This document shows positions 47,647 to 56,314 of a stretch of DNA of 58,351 bases, piece after piece. The stretch lies in IMG/VR virus record IMGVR_UViG_3300026196_000002, positions 1 to 58,351 of that record; one strand, 5' to 3'. A program made the translations under genes and the position numbers. Source of the DNA: a virus. Taxonomy: Duplodnaviria > Caudoviricetes. The notes below the pieces were generated by a model. It was not told the DNA's origin. It searched no databases and saw nothing but the letters and a program-made list of their open reading frames with translations. Positions within the stretch are counted from its first letter, which is position 1; every line of letters starts with the position of its first letter.

Positions 47647-48098
47647 TTTCTATACACCCCAATCTTCTTCAGCCGGTTAACCACCACCATGTAGTGACCA
47701 ATCCCCAACTCATCCGCGATTTCCTTCGGCTTCATACCAGATACGTAGAGTTCACGAATCTTGGCGTCCAAGTTGTGAGCCTCCTCGCTGTAGCCGTCGC
47801 CATCGCTGAGAGTGTCCGCAACCGAGGCGTCAACGCTGACCGGAGGCTGAATGCCCTGTTTTTTGGCACCGTCAACCCGCACCTTGCCATAAATATCCGC
47901 ATATGGAGCACCGCAATTAGGGCACTCTATCGCGTCACCAGTAACCCCGGAGTGTTCTGGGAAACTGGCCCACCCGTTTCCCTTGAATGGTTCATTGAGA
48001 GCGAACATACTACCATTGGGGGTCTTGTCTGGGTCAAACTTGTCGGTCGTTTGGTGGTAGGGCCCACCGCAATTGTTTCTACATAATATGTTGGTCAT
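47643..48098 (-). CDS. Zn-binding protein with C-terminal HTH
   Basis: CRNNCG, CPNCG; GMKPKEIADELGI. Confidence 0.7.
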   Translation of the reverse strand: MTNILCRNNCGGPYHQTTDKFDPDKTPNGSMFALNEPFKGNGWASFPEHSGVTGDAIECPNCGAPYADIYGKVRVDGAKKQGIQPPVSVDASVADTLSDGDGYSEEAHNLDAKIRELYVSGMKPKEIADELGIGHYMVVVNRLKKIGVYRK

Positions 48099-48185
48099 AC
48101 CATTCCTTTCTGTGGGGCATTATGCCCCACACCTAATACCAATTAAACCAAATGGCTTATAAACCGTTTATAGGTCTATAGAGCC

Positions 48186-48204
48186 CGCCTAATCCCTGTT
48201 GTAC
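48186..48204 (+). other. Candidate attI-like primary insertion site of array 2
   Basis: CGCCTAAT-CCCT-GTTGTAC; no attC hairpin; matches the array 1 end motif. Confidence 0.6.
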
Positions 48205-48206
48205 GG

Positions 48207-48389
48207 CTACACTTCTGGAAGCGCTGCCATTTCCTCATCGGTCATGTCGAACCTCTTGAACCGCAGCGTTATTTCCTCTCCCTCATCCATGCTATCCTCT
48301 GTGCAAATAAGTTCCCCATCAACATTAACCGGCACTGGTATCCATGAGTCGTGCCCTTCTTCCCAATAAAACAATCTCGCCTTTTTCAT
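48207..48389 (-). CDS. Cassette ORF, acidic
   Basis: MKKARLFYWEEG...MTDEEMAALPEV. Confidence 0.75.
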   Translation of the reverse strand: MKKARLFYWEEGHDSWIPVPVNVDGELICTEDSMDEGEEITLRFKRFDMTDEEMAALPEV

Positions 48390-48495
48390 CTGTATTCCCC
48401 TTTCGTAGGTAAGCCGTACAACCAGCAAATCAAGCGGATGAAAATACTGGTGTGGTTTCTATTCAGCGGTCATCCGTCACCGCTTATCATGGGCG

Positions 48496-48645
48496 TTATG
48501 TAGCTTTAAAAATTTCAGCTAATTTTTCTTCTAACCACTTTACTTCCCTATATGACCCTTCTCCGGTCAACTCAATAGTCCAGGCTGTTGACTCTGTATT
48601 CGTGTTTGTTATGGGCTTCTGTTTTATAATGGTCGTTGCTTTCAT
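48496..48645 (-). CDS. Cassette ORF, 49 aa
   Basis: Manual translation MKATTIIKQKP...LAEIFKAT; RBS GAGG; stop codon in the core site. Confidence 0.65.
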   Translation of the reverse strand: MKATTIIKQKPITNTNTESTAWTIELTGEGSYREVKWLEEKLAEIFKAT

Positions 48646-48778
48646 ATCCACCTCTGCCGCATAACCAGTAAATCAACCGGACGGGAATTAGCTTCTGTTC
48701 TTAGGCTGTTCAACTCGGTGGTCCTCCATCGTCGGCAATCCGCCGGTTATCGCCATCCGTTAGCCAGCCTTCGGCAAA

Positions 48779-49069
48779 TTAAATACCCTCGCCAATAAAA
48801 TGCTCTGATATTTTGTCTGCGGTTTCGGGGTCAAATAGTTTTTCGGTGATAAACCAAATCACTTCCTCAACACCTTCGCGCATTCCTACTTTACGAAACT
48901 CGTCAAGTTGCACATCGCAACGTGCGTGAAACTCTTGCTGCCACTTTTCAACCTCTGCGATCAACCACTCAAGCGTGTCTTGGTCATCAACTCCCCAATG
49001 TGGCGTTGTTGCTAATTGCTCAGTGTGTTTTGCGAGCTTCTTCGCTTTTTCCAACAGTTCCATTTTCAA
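48779..49069 (-). CDS. Cassette ORF, hypothetical
   Basis: Fills the cassette; WLIAEVE motif. Confidence 0.7.
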   Translation of the reverse strand: MKMELLEKAKKLAKHTEQLATTPHWGVDDQDTLEWLIAEVEKWQQEFHARCDVQLDEFRKVGMREGVEEVIWFITEKLFDPETADKISEHFIGEGI

Positions 49070-49164
49070 TGCCTCTCAGAATAAGGCTAACAATTAGTTC
49101 AAGCGGATGGAACAAAGCGTCTGTCTCTTAGTCACCGCCCATCCGCCACCGCTTAACATTGGCG

Positions 49165-49416
49165 TTAAATTGCTTGCATATCTTTCAGCGCCAACGCCAT
49201 TGCTTTCGCCGGGCCGGTGTACTTTGTAATGCACTTTCGGCAAGGAACAACCTGTATCCCTGGCACCTTTTCCATACATCCACCAGTGGGCAATGGCGGG
49301 TTATCCATATCAGTTGTCGTAAATTGGCACTTAACCGTCTGCTCCGACTGTCTTTTTATGCCTAGCAGGGCACCGCATTCTGAGCAGAAAAATTGAAGAA
49401 TAAGGTTATTTCTCAT
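49165..49416 (-). CDS. Cassette ORF, Zn-finger
   Basis: CSECG...PCRKC; RBS AGGAG. Confidence 0.7.
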   Translation of the reverse strand: MRNNLILQFFCSECGALLGIKRQSEQTVKCQFTTTDMDNPPLPTGGCMEKVPGIQVVPCRKCITKYTGPAKAMALALKDMQAI

Positions 49417-49512
49417 AATGTTGCTCCTTTCAAGAGCGCAATTTAACCAACTAATCAACCGGACGGAAGAACCGTCTGCGCTAAATGCCCGATCCAGGGC
49501 ACCGCCGCTCGT

Positions 49513-49728
49513 TTACTTTTGCTCATTGCCTAGCCTCCTCATTCTGAATTGAACCCTAAAATTATCACCCGCGATTGTTGCTATTGCTGTACCGTCGTCG
49601 TGTTCTTTCAGCAACTCTATTACTCTAAAATCTACTTCATGTATCAACCCACAATCGCAACATTTCATTTCGTATTTATTCATTTGTGGCTTTACCCACT
49701 CATTACTTCTTACCTTGTAAAACCCCAT
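49513..49728 (-). CDS. Cassette ORF, CCDCGL-H family small protein
   Basis: EWVKP...KCCDCGLIHEVDF. Confidence 0.75.
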   Translation of the reverse strand: MGFYKVRSNEWVKPQMNKYEMKCCDCGLIHEVDFRVIELLKEHDDGTAIATIAGDNFRVQFRMRRLGNEQK

Positions 49729-49883
49729 AAACAACCCCTTATGTCTGCTTCGCAGCCACGCCGTTTTAAAATCTAACCAGTGCATCAAGCGGACGGAACA
49801 TACATCTGTTTTAGGCCGATTAATGCGGTAATAGTTTGTTGCTTCACGTCGCCGCAGCTTATGCGGGTCGTTAGCTGTTTAAT

Positions 49884-50081
49884 TTAAATCATTGATTCAA
49901 CGGTAAAATAAATGTCTGACTCTTTTTTATCCGGGTTAACCCTAATGTCCCACTCAAAATGCTCCATGAGTTTTTCCGCCGTTTCGCGGGAAATTCGCAG
50001 TAATAGTGTCTTGTCATCATCCTTTTGATTGTAAGGGTGGCGAGAAAGTATTCTTAACGCGTAGTCAACTTTATCTCCCAT
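49884..50081 (-). CDS. Cassette ORF, hypothetical
   Basis: 65-aa ORF with a weak RBS. Confidence 0.5.
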   Translation of the reverse strand: MGDKVDYALRILSRHPYNQKDDDKTLLLRISRETAEKLMEHFEWDIRVNPDKKESDIYFTVESMI

Positions 50082-50107
50082 ATTTATAACCTTTATGGAG
50101 GCACCAA

Positions 50108-50392
50108 ATGGACGAAATCAAAAAGCCAAACTTTGGAGAGTGTAACTTTGCTGAAAACACAGTTATCGCTGGCGGTGCTTTTAAAGAAAGGCCAGAAATA
50201 AAGCCCCTGAAAATAGCCACTCTCATTCTTGGTAATGTCCATATTGATGTGAAAATCAAAACAATTTCCGACCAAATTCTTACTGGTAAAGTTGTCAGCG
50301 TTGAACCCAAAAAAGAACTTCCACCTGAATTAGCCATAAATGACACGGTAGAATTCTCCTTTGACAATATTTGCAATATAAAAGACAGCTAA
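50108..50392 (+). CDS. Cassette ORF in canonical integron orientation
   Basis: RBS GGAGG; stop codon in AGCTAAC (R''). Confidence 0.7.
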   Translation: MDEIKKPNFGECNFAENTVIAGGAFKERPEIKPLKIATLILGNVHIDVKIKTISDQILTGKVVSVEPKKELPPELAINDTVEFSFDNICNIKDS

Positions 50393-50518
50393 CCATGAAA
50401 TCAACCGGACGGAAAATACGTCTGCCTAAATTTGATTAGCTCGGTGGTCCTCGTTGCGTAGCGCCGCCGCCGGTTATCACTACCGTTGTATTGCTTAATG
50501 TAAAGTCGGAGGCACATT

Positions 50519-50824
50519 ATGCCTATCGAACATGTTTGGGGTCTCGTTCTCGTTCTTGCTGGCGTTGCAATCCTCGCCGTCCTTGACGATATTCGGAGTA
50601 GAAGTTCGCTCAAGGAAGTTAATAATAAACTCTCTGCTCTCCGGGAGAAGATTGAAATTTGCGATAGCGAGCACAATAAAACCATCTCTAACCTCAAGAA
50701 AATACATTTTCAAGAAATTACCAAACTTAAAGAATCGATCTCTGAACTTACGGAAGAAAATAAAGAGCTTAAGCTTATGCCATGGCAAGCCGAGAAAAAC
50801 GAGCCTACGTACTACGGGGAATAA
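50519..50824 (+). CDS. Cassette ORF in canonical orientation; transmembrane segment plus coiled coil
   Basis: RBS GGAGG; bounded by GTTGTATTGC and GCAATACAAC. Confidence 0.7.
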   Translation: MPIEHVWGLVLVLAGVAILAVLDDIRSRSSLKEVNNKLSALREKIEICDSEHNKTISNLKKIHFQEITKLKESISELTEENKELKLMPWQAEKNEPTYYGE

Positions 50825-50897
50825 GCCGCAATACAACCATGCAATCAACCCGTCAATGTTTTTGTGCGTAGCGCCGCCGCCGGTTATCTTCACCGTT

Positions 50898-51035
50898 CTA
50901 TTCGTACTCGTCGGCGCTAATTCCTTCAACAGTTATCGCCCCGACTTGAAACTTAGCGACAACATCAATAGCCTCGTCTCCGCTACAGCCTGCTAGTACC
51001 TCTAAAAACTCTCGCAATGACAGATCTTCACTCAT
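50898..51035 (-). CDS. Cassette ORF, 45 aa
   Basis: Manual translation MSEDLSLREFLEVL...ISADEYE; RBS GAGGAG. Confidence 0.6.
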   Translation of the reverse strand: MSEDLSLREFLEVLAGCSGDEAIDVVAKFQVGAITVEGISADEYE

Positions 51036-51083
51036 CTATAAGTCTCCTCACACTTTAACCAGTAAATCAAGTGACGTTATGCG

Positions 51084-51290
51084 CTAAATACAGCTCTTGT
51101 GGTATTCGTCTTTTTTTTCTTCAATTTCGCCAATCGTGTGCTCAGTAATCTTGCATTCGTACTTGCCACCGCGCCATGTCTTTTCCACGTCAGCTGCATA
51201 GGCAGCAGAACCATAATTAAGATACGCGCCGACCACATAACTGTGACTTTCTTGGTCGCCCCACCTATAAGCAGTCACGACAAGAATCAT
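51084..51290 (-). CDS. Hypothetical phage protein
   Basis: VVTAYRWG...HSYVVG...RGGKY; ATGA-coupled to the DnaC-like gene. Confidence 0.75.
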   Translation of the reverse strand: MILVVTAYRWGDQESHSYVVGAYLNYGSAAYAADVEKTWRGGKYECKITEHTIGEIEEKKDEYHKSCI

Positions 51291-52183
51291 TTCATGCCCC
51301 CCCGCCGCCGATATGACTCCCAATTAAAAACCAACACCCTAGAATTTCCCTCGTAAAATCGATCTATTGCTCGCTCACTCAAATATACCTCAAGAGCCTC
51401 TGCTGGGAGATTGCTGATAATGATCGTTGGCCTCTGGGCCTCATAGCGCTCGTTGATCACCTCCGTCAGAAACATCTTTTCGGTTGCCGACCCGAACTGC
51501 ACTCCCACCTCATCGATCACCAGCAGATCTGGCAAGGCGAACTCATCGATAGCCGTCTGCTCATCCTCTTTGTTGTTCCAGGTCGCTTTCACTCGTCTGA
51601 CAATTTTGATCGCCGTCGAATGAATAGCGGTATAACCATTATTCATCACCTCATTACAAATTGCCGCAGACAACATATTTTTTCCTGTGCCATAGTTGCC
51701 GACCATACAAATGCTGTCACCAGCCGCCAGGCGATCCTCAAATGTCGCTGCATATCTCTCACAGAAGTGCAAAACCTTCTCTGCCTCCGGAGTTGGAGGT
51801 TTGTAATCATCGAATTTCACAGCAGCGAACCGACGGCCAATCCGACACCGCTCAAACCGAGCTTGGGTCTTCTCTTGCTCGCGTCTTTCTTTGTTTAAAA
51901 TTTCTTCCTTGGCAACCTTAGCCATAAGTTCTTCCGCCAGAGCATCGGCCTCTTCTTTGACGCACTTCGGGCAAAATTCTTCGCCGGTGTGCTCGGCAAT
52001 GATTAGTTCAACCCGGTGTTTCTCGCAGCTCTGCTGCGAAGCCCGGGGGATCGTTGATCCCATTCCGCATAGTGCCTGACCAATCGTCGCTGGTTCGCTT
52101 CCTGTTTGCTGAACCCTTTGCTTTCGCTCCTTGCGCTTTTTCTCCAGCCTCTCCTGGGCCGCCTGCCAGTCCCGCACCTCCAT
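51287..52183 (-). CDS. DnaC/IstB-like AAA+ helicase loader
   Basis: GNYGTGKN (Walker A), LLVIDEVG (Walker B), INERYE..PTIIISNL; start placed at the ATG with a GGAGG RBS. Confidence 0.9.
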   Translation of the reverse strand: MEVRDWQAAQERLEKKRKERKQRVQQTGSEPATIGQALCGMGSTIPRASQQSCEKHRVELIIAEHTGEEFCPKCVKEEADALAEELMAKVAKEEILNKERREQEKTQARFERCRIGRRFAAVKFDDYKPPTPEAEKVLHFCERYAATFEDRLAAGDSICMVGNYGTGKNMLSAAICNEVMNNGYTAIHSTAIKIVRRVKATWNNKEDEQTAIDEFALPDLLVIDEVGVQFGSATEKMFLTEVINERYEAQRPTIIISNLPAEALEVYLSERAIDRFYEGNSRVLVFNWESYRRRGGMK

Positions 52184-52832
52184 CACTCGGTCCTCCCTCT
52201 GGGTTCCTTCCTGGTTTCGGTTCACCATCCCTCCGCCAAAAATTGCGGATAGTCGCCGCATAGTCCTTATATTTCTTGCCCTTAGATGCGCAGTAATCGT
52301 TAACCTTGTCAATATAGCTTGAAAGCTGGTCTTCCCCCAACATCTCTTTTAACGATTTATGTTGTTTTTCGCACAGCCTGACATGGCTACCATATTTTTG
52401 TTTATTATCTGGTTTATTATCTGGTATATTATCTGGTTTATTATCTGGTTTATTATCTGGTATAGGTTCGGGGATTTTCTCACCTCGACTTGTGAATTTT
52501 CCCAACTCGATATTGGAAATTTCACAAATCCACTTTGACTCTTCAGCAAATGCGTACCATGCGGTCCTGTCGTACTTGTTGTTGTTATACTCTCCTTTAA
52601 CCAAAACACCTGAGTCAACAAGCGTTTGCAGGCAATATCTGATTTGGCTTTCCGTCCAAAAAGGGAAAATCTCCGTGAACGCCTGAACACTATTATAAGT
52701 CCATGTCCTTCCGTCATAATTATGACTACCATTCGCTCTGTTTTTTATTATCCAAAATTGGAAATTGGCGATAATAATCGCCTGGTTTACCCCATATCTA
52801 ACTGCCGTTCCAACATCGAATTGATAATTCAT
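52008..52832 (-). CDS. Phage replication initiator protein
   Basis: YGVNQAII...FWI.KN...DGRTWTYNS N-terminus; KYKDYAATIRNFW C-terminal domain; internal tandem repeats. Confidence 0.85.
   Translation of the reverse strand: MNYQFDVGTAVRYGVNQAIIIANFQFWIIKNRANGSHNYDGRTWTYNSVQAFTEIFPFWTESQIRYCLQTLVDSGVLVKGEYNNNKYDRTAWYAFAEESKWICEISNIELGKFTSRGEKIPEPIPDNKPDNKPDNIPDNKPDNKQKYGSHVRLCEKQHKSLKEMLGEDQLSSYIDKVNDYCASKGKKYKDYAATIRNFWRRDGEPKPGRNPEGGPSDGGAGLAGGPGEAGEKAQGAKAKGSANRKRTSDDWSGTMRNGINDPPGFAAELRETPG
52401..52460. repeat. Five 12-bp tandem repeats (TTTATTATCTGG); candidate origin iterons
   Basis: Five adjacent copies, one with a single substitution, inside the initiator gene as in lambda O. Confidence 0.75.
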
Positions 52833-53165
52833 CTTCCCTCTCTGTAAAAATAAAATACCCCGTCAGGTGTCGAGGTTCCTTAACGGGGTATACCGGCATT
52901 TGCCGATCTCATAACAACCAATAGCCTCGACCCCACCAGTTGTTTTTATTTTCTTTATTGTAGTGTTTTTTTTTGAATTAACAAGTAAAATATAATTAAT
53001 AGTCTCACCGGCCCCCGCGATGTTGTAGCCCATAATTGCCCTAGCGGTGTCACCGGGTATTGTTTTAACGCAGAAAACTTTCCATAATTGTTGACTTTAG
53101 AACAGAATTGTGGGAAGTTTCTTTAAGTAATCAGGCTACTTTCCACGGTAGTTTACCATCTGGGA

Positions 53166-53200
53166 AGGCCGTAGGCGCGTTTGCGCTAGCGGCCTTTTTT
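53166..53200 (+). terminator. Leader terminator upstream of the lysis operon
   Basis: AAGGCCG...CGGCCTTTTTT; TTGACT at about 53092 upstream. Confidence 0.6.
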
Positions 53201-53217
53201 GTTTTCAGGGAAAACCC

Positions 53218-53523
53218 ATGTCGAAAGAAACCTCTCAGAACGGCCAACCAAGCACAATCCCAGGGTTTGATGAATACCAACTAAAGATACTTATCAAAGA
53301 AGCTTTCAGTGAACATATCAGCACCGTCGGCTGTGCCCCAGCAAACAAAGAATGCCCCTTCTCAAGCGACGACCTTTACCTTATTCATAAGTTTGTCAAC
53401 ACATGGAATTCTGCAACAAAAATTGTTGGATCAGCAATTTTGATCGGCGTTCTCAGTGGGATTGGTTGGCTGGCAAAGATAGGTATTGAAGCTTGGAGGA
53501 CAGCGGGGGGGAACACGCCATGA
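53218..53523 (+). CDS. Putative holin-like membrane protein
   Basis: C-terminal transmembrane segment; coupled to the endolysin. Confidence 0.5.
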   Translation: MSKETSQNGQPSTIPGFDEYQLKILIKEAFSEHISTVGCAPANKECPFSSDDLYLIHKFVNTWNSATKIVGSAILIGVLSGIGWLAKIGIEAWRTAGGNTP

Positions 53524-54152
53524 AACTGAATTTCCTTATAGACCCTGGCCATGGCGGACGATTTACCGGAGCCGTCAGTCGTGGGGTGCAAGAAAAAGAC
53601 ATCAACCTCAATGTTGCTTCCCTGCTACAACGCGAACTGTCCCGCAAGGGCGTATTTGCTGGCATGACCCGCCTGGCTGATTATTCTCTCCGAGACGATC
53701 TCCAGGAAGATCTCCAAGAGCGCTGCAACATAGAGCACATGTCCCGTCCTGACCTGACGATCTCTATTCATTGCAACCAATCAGAGCACGAATCGGCAGG
53801 GGGATTTGAAATTTTCACCTCTCCCGGAGAAACCGACTCGGACGAATTCGCCACTGAAATTCTTGAGAGTTTCGCAAAACGCTTTCCTGACATCCGCCTG
53901 CGGAAAGATTTGAGCGACGGAGATCCGGACAAGGAAGCCAAATTCAAGATACTGACCGGTACTAACGGCCCCGCCGTTCTGGTGGAGCTGTGCTTTCTCA
54001 GTAACGACTTTGAACGCGAGTGGATTTTGAACCCGGAAACGCAACAGGCGGTTGCCGAGGCGATCTGTTCTGGGGTGGTCGGGCAATTCACCAATATGTG
54101 CAAGCTCTGCGGCGACAACTATAGTGGTAATTGCCGGGCTTGTTTGGGGTGA
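53520..54152 (+). CDS. N-acetylmuramoyl-L-alanine amidase (Amidase_3) endolysin
   Basis: IDPGHGG, EKDINL, ISIHCN, PAVLVELCFLSN. Confidence 0.93.
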   Translation: MKLNFLIDPGHGGRFTGAVSRGVQEKDINLNVASLLQRELSRKGVFAGMTRLADYSLRDDLQEDLQERCNIEHMSRPDLTISIHCNQSEHESAGGFEIFTSPGETDSDEFATEILESFAKRFPDIRLRKDLSDGDPDKEAKFKILTGTNGPAVLVELCFLSNDFEREWILNPETQQAVAEAICSGVVGQFTNMCKLCGDNYSGNCRACLG

Positions 54153-54164
54153 TAGGGATGAGCT

Positions 54165-54377
54165 ATGGCGGTCAATCAAATCAGACAGGCGATGTACGAC
54201 CTTTGCGAACAGCGGAAGACAGAGAAGCGCGGATGTCGTCAATGCCAGAACCCTTGTGTCACATCGACCCCGATCTGTGCCGCTACCGGCAAAACCCTAA
54301 AGACTGTCCCGCCGCCAAATCGGACCGGCTGTGCGGAGCGATGGAGGACTAAGGGGGCAGACAAAGGCAAAAAGTAA
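54165..54377 (+). CDS. Small Cys-rich hypothetical protein
   Basis: 70-aa ORF after the amidase; overlapping alternative frames exist. Confidence 0.4.
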   Translation: MAVNQIRQAMYDLCEQRKTEKRGCRQCQNPCVTSTPICAATGKTLKTVPPPNRTGCAERWRTKGADKGKK

Positions 54378-54498
54378 AAAGAAAGGGCAATGACATGAAC
54401 GAGTGGGCAGACATTAAGCGACCGAACCCGTGTCCGGGTCCACACCCAAGGGGAAAAGGATCGTCGTTATGAATAAGATCTGTGAGCGATGTTGGGAA

Positions 54499-54759
54499 AT
54501 GAAGTTTCTGATTCTACTGATCCTGCTGCCGGTGCTGCTGGCTTCGTTACAGGGGTGTACCAGTATGAGCGTTACCATCACAAACCCAGACGATGGCGAA
54601 ACCTGCAAGGCGTCCTACACCTCATTTTTTCGCACACTCGAAAACCCGGCTGGCTCCGCTTGTGGGCTTACGGCTTCGGCGGGGAAGGCTGGGTCTGACA
54701 GTCAGTTGGCCAGCGCGTTGACTAGCGCCCTGGTGCGCGGGATAGGGGTTGCACCATGA
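54499..54759 (+). CDS. Lipoprotein (possible spanin-like lysis protein)
   Basis: MKFLILLILLPVLLASLQG-C lipobox. Confidence 0.7.
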   Translation: MKFLILLILLPVLLASLQGCTSMSVTITNPDDGETCKASYTSFFRTLENPAGSACGLTASAGKAGSDSQLASALTSALVRGIGVAP

Positions 54760-55007
54760 AAGATTCCTTTTTGAATAAATATAAAGAATTGCTCGGGCTG
54801 GCAATGATCGTCATCGCCGGGTCCGATGGCGTCAACGCCGACATCGACACGGAAATGCTGCAACAGCTTGTCGCAACCCTGGACATCAAGGGCTTGCTGT
54901 TAGTCGTTGCGCTGATCATCTATTTTTATATTTCTGAGCATCATCAGAAAAGACGGTTGGATGAGATGGAGGAGCGGCTGGCACCTGATAAGGACGACCT
55001 GAAATGA
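54756..55007 (+). CDS. Two-TM membrane protein (holin-like)
   Basis: Two hydrophobic segments and a charged C-terminus. Confidence 0.55.
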   Translation: MKDSFLNKYKELLGLAMIVIAGSDGVNADIDTEMLQQLVATLDIKGLLLVVALIIYFYISEHHQKRRLDEMEERLAPDKDDLK

Positions 55008-55444
55008 GCGATCTGATTACCCCTCAACAGGACATTATGGCCTATGTCGAGGGGTTCAAGTACCAGCTATCCGACAAAGAAATCAGTTTTTTGATTCCAT
55101 CCTTGTCCCCCTACGCTGGTGTCAAGACCGACTGGATCGAAATCCGTGCCGGGGGGCTTCTGGTGCTCAAACATGGGTTTGCATCGGATGGGGCCAGCGG
55201 CCCGACAATTGACACCCCTAGCTCGATGCGCGGGTCCTTTGTTCATGATGCGTTATTTGAGTTGATGCGCAAGGGGCTTATTCCTCGATCGTTTTTCCTC
55301 CTGGCCAATGAAATCATTCGGGAGATGTGCATCAAAGATGACATGTGGCGCTGGCGGGCAAATGCCTGGAAGGAAATGTTGGACAGGTTTGGGCACAAAA
55401 ATGTTATGGCCAGCCACCGCCGCCAAGTGAAATACGCGCCATGA
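55004..55444 (+). CDS. DUF1353-like protein
   Basis: GFASDGASGP..DT...MRGSFVHDAL. Confidence 0.75.
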   Translation: MSDLITPQQDIMAYVEGFKYQLSDKEISFLIPSLSPYAGVKTDWIEIRAGGLLVLKHGFASDGASGPTIDTPSSMRGSFVHDALFELMRKGLIPRSFFLLANEIIREMCIKDDMWRWRANAWKEMLDRFGHKNVMASHRRQVKYAP

Positions 55445-55556
55445 ACAGCAACTGTATCATCGAAGGCTATCGACTTTTTAGGGTTGCGAGTGGTGCAAAG
55501 GTTTATCTGGATAAGGGACGACGAGGAGCGCAACGATCAACTGCTTGGGGGTATTG

Positions 55557-55811
55557 ATGTGGGGTAACTGCTTCACTTTTGCCATGCGTCTGCGCCGTAA
55601 GCTTGGAGGGTACATTGCCTTTAGGGCGACGAGGCACAAGCACTGGTGGCCGATCATAAAGTTTCATGCGCTCTGGCACCCGGAGAACTGCCCGGAAAAG
55701 GACAAGCCCTGCCCTTATTGGGTCAGTCTGATCCCAAGGTGGAAACAGGAAAAGAAATTTCCCCCGCCATTTTTCGACGGAGAGGTAAAGCAAGGTGATG
55801 AAGAAGATTAA
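55557..55811 (+). CDS. Hypothetical protein
   Basis: NCFTFA...GGYI...FDGEVKQGD pattern. Confidence 0.65.
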   Translation: MWGNCFTFAMRLRRKLGGYIAFRATRHKHWWPIIKFHALWHPENCPEKDKPCPYWVSLIPRWKQEKKFPPPFFDGEVKQGDEED

Positions 55812-55839
55812 CCGTCCGTCGTGAGACGGGCTATCCCCT
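55810..55839 (+). repeat. Intergenic hairpin repeat copy 1 (GTC-GTGA-GAC)
   Basis: AACCGTCCGTCGTGAGACGGGCTATCCCCT. Confidence 0.7.
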
Positions 55840-55858
55840 ATTAGAAGGAGTTTTAAAA

Positions 55859-56278
55859 ATGGCCGACATTACTGCAAGTACAGCTTTACGAGATTTTATT
55901 GCCGGACGGCTTTCAACTGCCGGAGGTAGCTACATGTGGGCAACACTGCATTCCGACACCGCCAACATTACCGCTGCATCAACCTATGCTGCCAGTGGGA
56001 TTGACGAGTTAACAACCGCAAACGGATACACTGCTGGAGGCCAAGCATTGACGCCTATCGTCAATACCAACGGTGTTCTTGACGTGCCAAACGCGCAATG
56101 GACGACCGGCGCAGGCGAAACCCTGACCGCCGCCTGTGGGTGCCTTTGGATTAATTCGAGCGATACCATTACTGGGGCTGCGCTGGTTTGTTTGGAAGAT
56201 AATTCTCAGGTGGCTAGTAACGGCGGGACAATGACCCTGAGTAATACCAATAACATCACAATCCCAACCCCGGCTTAA
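55859..56278 (+). CDS. Virion/tail structural protein
   Basis: ELTTANGYTAGGQAL motif. Confidence 0.7.
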   Translation: MADITASTALRDFIAGRLSTAGGSYMWATLHSDTANITAASTYAASGIDELTTANGYTAGGQALTPIVNTNGVLDVPNAQWTTGAGETLTAACGCLWINSSDTITGAALVCLEDNSQVASNGGTMTLSNTNNITIPTPA

Positions 56279-56284
56279 CGTAAA

Positions 56285-56314
56285 AACCGCCCGTCGTGAG
56301 ACAGCCGATCCCTA
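56285..56314 (+). repeat. Intergenic hairpin repeat copy 2
   Basis: AACCGCCCGTCGTGAGACAGCCGATCCCTA. Confidence 0.7.

Larger units (their letters stand above)
48186..51082 (+). mobile_element. Integron-like cassette array 2 (attC top strand is the plus strand)
   Basis: attC-like sites at 48416-48501, 48659-48765, 49085-49170, 49771-49876, 50387-50491; eroded sites at 49441-~49515, 50831-50901, 51053-51082; complementary cassette cores such as GTTAAAT/ATTTAAC. Confidence 0.88.

Noticed and set aside
52833-53217. tRNA or structured ncRNA in the intergenic gap
   Set aside because: No cloverleaf or T-loop consensus found by eye; looks like a divergent promoter region.
56291-56304. 23S rRNA-like sequence CGTCGTGAGACAG
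   Set aside because: Only about 13 nt match, with no surrounding rRNA; treated as a hairpin repeat.
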